Origin: Gemmatimonadaceae bacterium
Lineage (GTDB): Bacteria > Gemmatimonadota > Gemmatimonadetes > Gemmatimonadales > Gemmatimonadaceae
DNA length: 32,522 bases
NCBI GenBank assembly: GCA_033763905.1
Contig: JANRJP010000007.1
Span: 1 to 32,522, forward strand
Direction: 5' to 3'
Each line of letters starts with the position of its first letter. Within the stretch, counting starts at the first letter, position 1. The notes beneath the pieces were generated by a model. That model made no database searches. It had not been told where the DNA came from and saw nothing but the letters and a program-made list of their open reading frames with translations. Below are positions 1-7,566 of the stretch, in pieces. The position numbers and the translations under genes were made by a program.

Positions 1-101
1 CGCTCAGCCTTGAATCCTACCCGTTTCGAGGGACCTCGGAAGCTACCCGCTCGGGTAGCGTTCTCGGGGGAACAACGACGACTTCGCTCGGGATCGACGT
101 C

Positions 102-1100
102 CTACACCTTTTTGTAGTCGTCGATATGCGAGATATCGACCGACAGCCGCGGGTCATCCGGCGCATTGACCGAGATTTCGTCGAAGCGCGCGCCCCAGAT
201 CAATTCATCGACCCGATAGGACGTCCGCGCGTGCACCTGTGTCGCGAAGACTTCGTCGACGCCCGAGACCAGAACCAGAAACTCCGCGTCCATCGCGGCG
301 AGGTCGGCAGCCGAGCGTCCCGCCAGGGGGCTCTCGGGCGTGATCGGATGCACGACGGTCCACGAGGTGGGAAAGAACGTGACCCGGTCGCGCTCGAGGG
401 GGAGCGGCGTGAATCGCCGCAACCGGCGCCCGTCCGGTGTGTCGACGAAGTGCGCAAAGAGCACCCTTGCCTCGAGGTCGATCATCTCGCTGGCTCGACG
501 GTTGGCCATCCGGAACTGCAGCGAAAGCCCCCGCTCGTAGGGCGCAATCAGCGCCTGCCGGCTGAAGCGGATCGCGGCCACGGGGCGGGCGAAGCGGGCA
601 AAGATGAGGCCGGTCAGCAGCGCAACGGCGAGCAGCCCCGTGAACGCTTCGATCACGGTGACGACGTTCGCCGCAAGCGTCGTCGGACCGATCTGCCCAT
701 AGCCGATGGTCGCGAAGGTCTGGACGCTGAAGAAGAACGCGTGGCCGAAGCGCTGGATCGATGTGTCGTTGGCAAAGCCGCTCAGTGCGCCGGGACCCAG
801 CAGCCAATAGATCGCGGCGAAGAAGAGATTCACCGCGAGGTAGAGCCCCGACACCAACCCGAGGAACCGGGGCCAGCTCAGTTCCAGCACCTCGTGGTAC
901 GGGGCGAATCGCTCCCCGAAGGCCAGCCCGAGGCGACGCACGTTGAAGGTGCCGTCCCGGTTGAGCAAGCGACGCCCGCCGCGCTCGGCGAGCCCGCGCC
1001 CGAGTCCGAGATCGGGAGACGCCGCGTCGTCCCCCGCTTCCGTCACCGCACGTGTCCCGGGGCGCAGAAAGTCGGCGGTCCGGATTTCCTGGGTCTGCAT
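102..1100 (-). CDS. KirBac-type inward-rectifier potassium channel
   Basis: Two TM helices flank the pore FFFSVQTFATIGYG (K+ selectivity filter). GLIFARFARP is followed by a cytoplasmic Kir domain (FRMANRR, SWTVVHPITPESPL, VHARTSY). Start moved to ATG at 1100 (MQTQEIR) because the longer ORF runs into tRNA-Leu. Confidence 0.92.
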   Translation of the reverse strand: MQTQEIRTADFLRPGTRAVTEAGDDAASPDLGLGRGLAERGGRRLLNRDGTFNVRRLGLAFGERFAPYHEVLELSWPRFLGLVSGLYLAVNLFFAAIYWLLGPGALSGFANDTSIQRFGHAFFFSVQTFATIGYGQIGPTTLAANVVTVIEAFTGLLAVALLTGLIFARFARPVAAIRFSRQALIAPYERGLSLQFRMANRRASEMIDLEARVLFAHFVDTPDGRRLRRFTPLPLERDRVTFFPTSWTVVHPITPESPLAGRSAADLAAMDAEFLVLVSGVDEVFATQVHARTSYRVDELIWGARFDEISVNAPDDPRLSVDISHIDDYKKV

Positions 1101-1159
1101 CGTCACGTACGCGGGGCCTCCGCGTCGAGTCGTCCCGACGCCGATAATGTGCGGTCGAA

Positions 1160-1246
1160 TACCCGGGGCGGGGGTCGAACCCGCACGCCACTTTCGTGGC
1201 AAGGGATTTTAAGTCCCTCGCGTATCACCAGTTTCGCCACCCGGGT
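1160..1246 (-). tRNA. tRNA-Leu (anticodon TAA); CCA not encoded
   Basis: Reverse complement reads ACCCGGG TGGCGAAACTGGTGATACGCG AGGGA CTTAAAA TCCCT, long variable arm TGCCACGAAAGTGGC, T-arm GCGGG TTCGACC CCCGC, then CCCGGGT A. Confidence 0.95.
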
Positions 1247-1329
1247 GTGCGGCGTCCGTTGCCACTCGACAGAATGCCGAACGGGAGTGGCTGTCGCCAC
1301 CCCCGTTCGATGCAATCTCATCCTGTCAG

Positions 1330-1402
1330 AGCGGGAGACGGGACTTGAACCCGCGACCCCAACCTTGGCAAGGTTGTGCTCTACCAACTGAGCTACTCCC
1401 GC
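1330..1402 (-). tRNA. tRNA-Gly (anticodon GCC); CCA not encoded
   Basis: Reverse complement GCGGGAGTAGCTCAGTTGGTAGAGCACAACCTTGCCAAGGTTGGGGTCGCGGGTTCAAGTCCCGTCTCCCGCT forms a canonical cloverleaf. Confidence 0.97.
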
Positions 1403-1469
1403 GTCCCGGAAATCTCGCGACACTGGACCCGCGGGGGCAAGGTCCCGCCGCGTGGAACCCGCGCCCGAG

Positions 1470-3257
1470 CTACTCCGGCGATGCGCCGAGCGAGTTCACG
1501 GCGTACCAGATGGAATACGCCAGCAGGCAGGCCAACGACGCGTCGCCGCCGTTTCGAACCGCGCCGCCCGCCCCGTTGATCACCTCGGCCGCCAAGCCGT
1601 CGTGCAACGGCGCCCGTCGCAACCACGCCAGCACGGCTTCGGCATCCGGGCCCATCAGCCGCGCGCACTGCTGCACCAGCCACGATGGCTCCGACGTGCC
1701 GAGCGCCGCCATCGTCCGCCGGTAGAGCGCGTCGCTCCGCGCGCAGAACTCGAACTGCGGGAGCCAGCCCAGCGACGCGTAGGGGAGGTCGGCCGTGCTG
1801 TGGCCCCCGAGCAGGTCGGACGACGCGGCAAACACGTCGCTGCTCCCTGCCCCCTTCGCGACGAAGTGCTTGCGCGCGGCGGCGCGAACCGGTTCCGGGT
1901 CGGCGACCTCCTTCGCGGTTTCCTCGTCGAGGGTGCGCTTGAAGACCTCCAAGGCAAAGGCCGCCGCCGCGTTCGCGTGCATCGTGAACGCCTGCACCGG
2001 AGGGTCGCCCGCGGGCGTAACGTCGGTGCCGTAGAGCGCGACGCTCGGGTGCCGCCGCGCCTGCAGGTCTTCGTGACACAGATACAGCGTGTCGCCGACC
2101 ATCGCGTCTTCGACAATCTGGTCGTCTTCGGTGTCCCGGATGTAGCGATCGATGGCGATCGGATACGCGGCGACGCCTTCGAGTGCGAAGCCGGGTTCGA
2201 ACAGCGTGCCGTCGAAGTAGGCCACGCCCTGCCCGGGCGCGTAGCCGTGCACTTCGCACATCCGCAGGAGCAGTTCCTTCGCCAAGCCGGCGTCGGCAAG
2301 CTGCACCGCTGGAATCGTCCACAGCAGCGCGTCGGTGTCGCGCACCGTCACGCCCGCCGAGTGCCAGGGCACGCGGGTGCGCACGCAGTAGAAGTGCGCG
2401 TCGTCGAGGGCCCGACCGACAGCGTAGAAGTACCCGAAAAGCAGATTGCGCTGCATCAGCCGGTCGAGCCCCTCGTGACCGGTCGACTGCTCGAGCGTGC
2501 GCAGGGCGTCGCGGGTTCGCGCGAGCAGATCGCGCCAGCCTCGACGCCGCATCACCTGCGCGGTCGCGCGTGCGCCGTCGCGCTCAGGTCCGGCGGCGCA
2601 GTAGAAGGCCACGTCCTGCGCGCTCCCAGCCGCCAAGCGGACGCGGCGCGTCAGCGCGTACCGTGGCGTCGCGCCAGCGTGGACCGTGGTTTCGAGCTCG
2701 CCATCGCCGCACCAGGCCAGCGCGGCCACCCCAGGCAACGCGGCGCCCTCGAGGACGAGTAGCCCGTCGCCCGCCGCCTCGGCGCGGTGCGCATCGTCGA
2801 ACGGCCGCGGCGTGCGGACCCGTTGCTGCCGGTGCCCAAGCACCCCTTCGATCCCGACCTCGAGGTCCAGCGCGGCGCCGCTGCGATTCTCGACCGCGAG
2901 CGTGACGACGAGGCCCGCGCCGTCGGCGTCGCGGCCGGTCGGCGCGAAGATCGTGCCGCGCACGATCACGTCCGGCGTCGCGGCGGTGAACGCGGGAATC
3001 CACTCCAGCGCGCGCTCCCACGCGAGCCCTGACGCGGCCAGCGACAGCTCGGTGCCGTTGACCCGAATGACGGGCCGCGCGAGCGCCGGCGCCCGTCCCT
3101 GCACGAAGTCCTCGCCACCGGCGAATTCGATGGCGGCCCGCGAGCCGCGGTGCAACATCCCGACGCAATGAATCGACGCGTCGGCAGGATGAATGCAGGG
3201 CAGCGACAACCAGTGGTTGCCGGTCACGATCCACGGAAGCGGAGGCAGTGCGGTCAC
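1470..3257 (-). CDS. Six-hairpin (alpha/alpha)6 glycosidase-like protein, probably GH125-related, with N-terminal beta domain
   Basis: 595-aa ORF with GTG start and no signal peptide. Segments RDTDALLWTIPAVQLAD..AKELL, YFDGTLFEPGFALEG..AYPIAIDRY and LAAEVING resemble GH125-like proteins as I recall them. Family call is by recognition only. Confidence 0.6.
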   Translation of the reverse strand: MTALPPLPWIVTGNHWLSLPCIHPADASIHCVGMLHRGSRAAIEFAGGEDFVQGRAPALARPVIRVNGTELSLAASGLAWERALEWIPAFTAATPDVIVRGTIFAPTGRDADGAGLVVTLAVENRSGAALDLEVGIEGVLGHRQQRVRTPRPFDDAHRAEAAGDGLLVLEGAALPGVAALAWCGDGELETTVHAGATPRYALTRRVRLAAGSAQDVAFYCAAGPERDGARATAQVMRRRGWRDLLARTRDALRTLEQSTGHEGLDRLMQRNLLFGYFYAVGRALDDAHFYCVRTRVPWHSAGVTVRDTDALLWTIPAVQLADAGLAKELLLRMCEVHGYAPGQGVAYFDGTLFEPGFALEGVAAYPIAIDRYIRDTEDDQIVEDAMVGDTLYLCHEDLQARRHPSVALYGTDVTPAGDPPVQAFTMHANAAAAFALEVFKRTLDEETAKEVADPEPVRAAARKHFVAKGAGSSDVFAASSDLLGGHSTADLPYASLGWLPQFEFCARSDALYRRTMAALGTSEPSWLVQQCARLMGPDAEAVLAWLRRAPLHDGLAAEVINGAGGAVRNGGDASLACLLAYSIWYAVNSLGASPE

Positions 3258-3329
3258 CCCGACAATCTACCGCTCCGTTGGGCGCGCGGTGACACGACAG
3301 GCCGGTGACGGGGTATCTTTGGCGTGCCG

Positions 3330-5009
3330 ATGAACGCCATTCGTCATCTCCGCCGCCCACTCGCGGCGTTCCTGTTTGCCACCGGCGGCGTTGCCGCCAG
3401 CGCGGCGCCCATGCTCGGGCAACGGATCCTCGATCCGCACGGCGACGCCTCGTTGCCGAAGCCAGGACAGATCCGCCTGAGCCTGGGCGGACGCTGGGAA
3501 GTCTTTGACCAGACGCTACCAGCGACGTCGGGTGGACCGGTCCGCCAGCTCGGCGACGGGCTCTTTGGCAATCCGGCATCCTCCCGGCTCGACAACTCGA
3601 CGCCGTTGCTCCGCCTCCTGACGAGAGACCCGAACATCACCGGCAGCCCCGGCGCCGTCCTCGGAGGGGTGGAAGCGCGCAACTGGGCAATTCCGATCGA
3701 GCTCGAAGTCGGCGTCAGCTCCTGGCTCTCCCTGCACGTCGCCGTGCCGGTGCAGCGCAGCTTCTCGGCATTCTTTGCGCGACCGAATCCGCCGGGGACG
3801 ACCGCGAATCTTGGCCTGAACCCGGCCATTACCAGCGCAGCCGCGCGTACGGCGGTTGGACAACTCGACACGCAGCTCGGCTCGGCGGCGACGGCGCTCG
3901 TCGGATCGCGGCCAGACTGCTTTCCCACGGTCGGTCCCGCGCCGGGGACCTGTGCCTCGCTCTTCACCGTGCTCACCCGCACGAATCAGATGCGCGGCTT
4001 GGTGGGGCAGATCTACCGCGTCGGCGCGTTCGTTCCCTTGGCGGGTTCGCGCGCCGACACGCTCATCGCCGCCGAGTTCGCGGCGTTGAACGCCGCACTG
4101 CGCGCCGCGCTCGGGCTGACGAGCGACCCGGTGACGGCGCGCCCCGTGCAGGCGGCGGCCCGGATGGGCTTGAATGACCTGCAGACGCTGGTGCTCGCGC
4201 TTGGGCTCGACTCGCTGGGCTCGATCAAGCGCATCACGGCGGGCGACGGTGGAGCGGGCTTCACGCTCAAGGTCTTCGATTCCTTCGGCGCCAGCGACAG
4301 CGCACGGATGCGAGGCACGGGTCTGCGGCTGCGCAGCGCGGTGAAGGTCACCGCGCGCGCCGGACTGGGGCACGCCGCCGGCCCAACGCTGTGGACCGAT
4401 CAGGGCACGGGGAGCAACGCCCTGAGTGCGGACGTGCGCTGGTTCACCGACGTGCAGTTCTCGCCGCGCTACTGGGGTACCGTGCTCGTGCGTCGCGTGC
4501 AGTACGGGTCGGAGACGATGTCGTTGCTGTCGCAGTTCACGACGGCCGATGGTCCGGTGTTCGGTGCGCGCTCGCCGGTGCCCGGAACCACTGCCGACCA
4601 GCCACCCACCGACCTGCAGCGTACCCGCGGCGCGACCACGCAGATCGAGCTCACGCCGCGTGTCGTGCTCAACGACTACATCTCGCTCGCCGGCTCGTGG
4701 GCTTGGCGTTCACGTGGCGACGATCGGTTTTCGATCTCCGGTACCGCGTGCGCGGTCTGTTTGAGTCAGTCCCCGACGGGTGACCCGCTCCCGGTGGGCT
4801 TGGACGGCGTCCTCGCCGTCGGCGGCCAGGAACAGCGCGTCGGCATCGGCCTCACCTACTCCACCGCCGCCGCCAAGCGCCCGAACCGGCGCGGGGTCCC
4901 GATGGAGATCAGCTACCTCCATCAGCAGGTCGTCAGCGGGACGAATCTCCCGAAGCTTTCGCTCGACGCGCTGCAGATGCGCTTCTACTGGCCACTGAAG
5001 CCGCGCTAG
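3330..5009 (+). CDS. Hypothetical exported protein, probable outer-membrane beta-barrel with a helical insertion
   Basis: Signal-peptide-like N-terminus (RHLRR, then LAAFLFATGGVAASA). Many amphipathic beta-strand segments (IRLSLGGRWEV, IPIELEVGVSSWLSLHVAVPV, ISLAGSWAWRS, QRVGIGLTYS) and an aromatic terminal strand LQMRFYW. The start could alternatively be GTG 3324. Confidence 0.6.
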   Translation: MNAIRHLRRPLAAFLFATGGVAASAAPMLGQRILDPHGDASLPKPGQIRLSLGGRWEVFDQTLPATSGGPVRQLGDGLFGNPASSRLDNSTPLLRLLTRDPNITGSPGAVLGGVEARNWAIPIELEVGVSSWLSLHVAVPVQRSFSAFFARPNPPGTTANLGLNPAITSAAARTAVGQLDTQLGSAATALVGSRPDCFPTVGPAPGTCASLFTVLTRTNQMRGLVGQIYRVGAFVPLAGSRADTLIAAEFAALNAALRAALGLTSDPVTARPVQAAARMGLNDLQTLVLALGLDSLGSIKRITAGDGGAGFTLKVFDSFGASDSARMRGTGLRLRSAVKVTARAGLGHAAGPTLWTDQGTGSNALSADVRWFTDVQFSPRYWGTVLVRRVQYGSETMSLLSQFTTADGPVFGARSPVPGTTADQPPTDLQRTRGATTQIELTPRVVLNDYISLAGSWAWRSRGDDRFSISGTACAVCLSQSPTGDPLPVGLDGVLAVGGQEQRVGIGLTYSTAAAKRPNRRGVPMEISYLHQQVVSGTNLPKLSLDALQMRFYWPLKPR

Positions 5010-6687
5010 TCGACGTGGGCGCGCTGGCGCCCGATGCCAGCAACTCGCGCGCGTGCGCCCGACCGACGTCACTGTCGGGATCCCCGCCGAGCATTCGAGA
5101 GATCTCCCGCACGCGGTCGTCGCCGTCGAGCAGCGCCACGTCGGTGGTGGTGATGCCGCCCTTCGCCGCCTTCGCGACGAGCACGTGATGATGAGCCCGC
5201 GCGGCAATCTGCGGCAGGTGCGTGATGGCAAACACCTGATGCGTCCCCGCGAGACCGCGCATCGCATCGCCAACCTGCAAGCCGACCGCGCCGCCGATGC
5301 CAGCATCGACTTCGTCGAAGATCAGCGTGGGCACCCGATCGACCTGCGCCAGCACGGTCTTGAGGGCAAGCATCACGCGCGCGAGCTCGCCCCCAGACGC
5401 CACGCGCGCCAGCGGCCGCTCCTCGTGCCCGGCGTTGAGGCGGACGCGATACGCGATCTCTTCGGCCCCGTCCGCAGTGACCACCACGCGTGGGGCGAGC
5501 GACACCGCAAAGGCCCCGTCCGGCATCCCGAGCGCCGGCAGCACGCGCGACACCGCCTCGGCGAGGCGCGACGCTGCCGCCGTGCGCTTGGCGGACAGCC
5601 GCGCGGCCGCGGCGGCCACCCCCTGCTCCGCCTCGCGCTCGCGCGCCGCGAGCGACTGCACGTCGAGCCCGCCCGCGTCCACGAGATCGAGCTCCGCGCG
5701 CGCGTCGGCGCCCACGCGAATGACGTCGGCCAGCGTCGGACCGTGCTTCTTCTGCAGCTTGTACAACAATTCGCGACGCTGTTGCACGGTGGCCAGCCGT
5801 ACGGGATCCGGCTCCACCGCTTCGGCATACGCCGACAGCTCGCGCGCCGCACTCTGCAGCGCTTCCTCGGCGGCGAGGATCTGCTGGTGCAGCTCGGCCT
5901 GCGACGGGTCGAGCCGTTCGAGGTGCGCCACCGCCTTCCGCACACTGCCGAGTCGGTCAAGCACGCCCTCGGCCTCCGCCTCGAGCGTGACCACGGCCTG
6001 CGCCGCGAGGGCACGTAGCTCGTCGGCGTGTTCGAGACGACGGGCCTCGTCCTCGAGCCGATCGTCTTCCCCGGGCTCGAGGCGTGCGGCGTCGATCTCG
6101 TGGACGACGTGCCGCAGCCAGTCTGCCCGCTTGGTGGCTTCGGCACGACGTTGCTCGAGCGTCTCGCGTTCGCGGCGCACGAGGGCCAGCGTGGCGTGCG
6201 CCGTGCGCATCGCGTCGGCGTCGGCCGTCGCCCCGGCAAACGCATCGAGGATCGCGCGTTGGCTGGCTTCGTCGAGCAGGGTCTGCGCTTCGTGCTGCCC
6301 GTGCAGATCCACGAGCCGGCGCCCGACCTGCGCCAGAACGGCGGCGGTCACCGAGGTGCCGTTCACCCACGCCCGAGCGCGTCCGTTGGCGGCCACTTCC
6401 CGCCGGAGCACCACCGGGCCTTCGTCGGCGTCGAGCCCGAGTTCGTCGAGGAGCGCGCGCAACTCTGGGCGTCTTTCGATCTCGAAGGTGCCTTCCACGA
6501 TCGCCTTGTCCCGACCGACACGGACGACATCGGCCGAGGCGCGCTCGCCCAGCAACAGGCCAAGTGCACCGACGATGATCGACTTGCCCGCGCCGGTCTC
6601 GCCGGTCAGCACGTTGAATCCCGGCGCGAGCCGGACTGTGACCTGCTCAATCAGCGCGAAATCGCGAATGCGCAGTTCGGCAAGCAT
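4933..6687 (-). CDS. recN: DNA repair protein RecN
   Basis: Walker A LTGETGAGKS, HGQHE Q-loop, coiled coil, signature ASGGELAR, Walker B LIFDEVDAGIGG, ITHLPQIAA. Confidence 0.97.
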   Translation of the reverse strand: MLAELRIRDFALIEQVTVRLAPGFNVLTGETGAGKSIIVGALGLLLGERASADVVRVGRDKAIVEGTFEIERRPELRALLDELGLDADEGPVVLRREVAANGRARAWVNGTSVTAAVLAQVGRRLVDLHGQHEAQTLLDEASQRAILDAFAGATADADAMRTAHATLALVRRERETLEQRRAEATKRADWLRHVVHEIDAARLEPGEDDRLEDEARRLEHADELRALAAQAVVTLEAEAEGVLDRLGSVRKAVAHLERLDPSQAELHQQILAAEEALQSAARELSAYAEAVEPDPVRLATVQQRRELLYKLQKKHGPTLADVIRVGADARAELDLVDAGGLDVQSLAAREREAEQGVAAAAARLSAKRTAAASRLAEAVSRVLPALGMPDGAFAVSLAPRVVVTADGAEEIAYRVRLNAGHEERPLARVASGGELARVMLALKTVLAQVDRVPTLIFDEVDAGIGGAVGLQVGDAMRGLAGTHQVFAITHLPQIAARAHHHVLVAKAAKGGITTTDVALLDGDDRVREISRMLGGDPDSDVGRAHARELLASGASAPTSTSAASVASRSASAARRAKASGDSSR

Positions 6688-6696
6688 AGCGAGCCC

Positions 6697-7566
6697 TCAG
6701 GTCGCTTCGTTCCGCGCCTCGAGACCACCCCACCCGAGCTTCTGTCGCAGCACGTCGAAGAACGACGTCCCCGGGAAGCGGACGATGCGCACGGGGTTGT
6801 CGGCGCGGCGGATCTGCAGCACCTGCCCCGCCCGGAAATGTGCACCGACCTGCCCATCCGCGGTGACCAGAAGTTCCTCGGGACCATCTTCCGGTTGCAG
6901 CGATACGACGCAGGTCGGCGGCAACACCAGCGGGCGAATCGCCAGCGTGTGGGGCGACACCGGCGTCAGCAGCAGCGATTCCACCGTCGGCACGACCACC
7001 GGCCCACCGGCGGACAGCGAGTAGCCCGTGGACCCCGTGGGCGTGGACACGACGATGCCGTCCGCCGAGTACGAGCCGATATCGTCGTTGTCGATCCGCA
7101 CTCGCATCCGCAACACGCGGGCAAAGCCGCCCTTGTGCAGCACGACGTCGTTCAGCGCGAGAAAGCGCGCGCTGACCGACCCATCGTGCGCGAAGGCCAC
7201 CGCTTCGAGCGCCATTCGGGCCTCGGCGCGGTAGTGCCCGTTGGCCCAGCGATCGAGGGCATCGTTCGCGTCTTCGCCAGCGCAGCTGGTGAGGAAGCCG
7301 AGCCGACCGAGGTTGACGCCGAGGATCGGCGTCCCGCGACCGTCCAGGTAGCGCGCCCCGCGGAGCAGCGTACCGTCCCCGCCCAGCGTGACAAGCACAT
7401 CGAGCCCTTCGGGACTGTCGAGAAGTTCCCCGCCCCCGGCGATTTCGTGCAACTCCTGCTCGAACGCGATCGCGAGCCCAAGCGACTTCGCCTGGGCCAC
7501 GAATCCGGGCAGAATGCGCGGCAGGGCGTCGTAGCCGCGATGGCCGACGACTCCGACGCGTCTCAC
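6697..7566 (-). CDS. nadK: NAD(+) kinase
   Basis: LGGDGTLL, GVNLGRLGFL, ALNDVV, DGIVVSTPTGSTGYSLSAGGP. The GTG start overlaps the dxs stop (GTGA). Confidence 0.95.
   Translation of the reverse strand: MRRVGVVGHRGYDALPRILPGFVAQAKSLGLAIAFEQELHEIAGGGELLDSPEGLDVLVTLGGDGTLLRGARYLDGRGTPILGVNLGRLGFLTSCAGEDANDALDRWANGHYRAEARMALEAVAFAHDGSVSARFLALNDVVLHKGGFARVLRMRVRIDNDDIGSYSADGIVVSTPTGSTGYSLSAGGPVVVPTVESLLLTPVSPHTLAIRPLVLPPTCVVSLQPEDGPEELLVTADGQVGAHFRAGQVLQIRRADNPVRIVRFPGTSFFDVLRQKLGWGGLEARNEAT

Noticed and set aside
1160..1246. tRNA-Leu(TAA) as a bldA-like developmental switch
   Set aside because: In-frame TTA codons occur in ordinary housekeeping genes here (xseB 10449-10447, xseA 10832-10830, exonuclease 20897-20895), unlike the Streptomyces pattern.
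1..1470. tRNA 3' ends as an integration site for an island carrying the K+ channel
   Set aside because: No integrase, duplicated tRNA 3' end or evident compositional shift is visible in the window. Sequence to the left cannot be seen.
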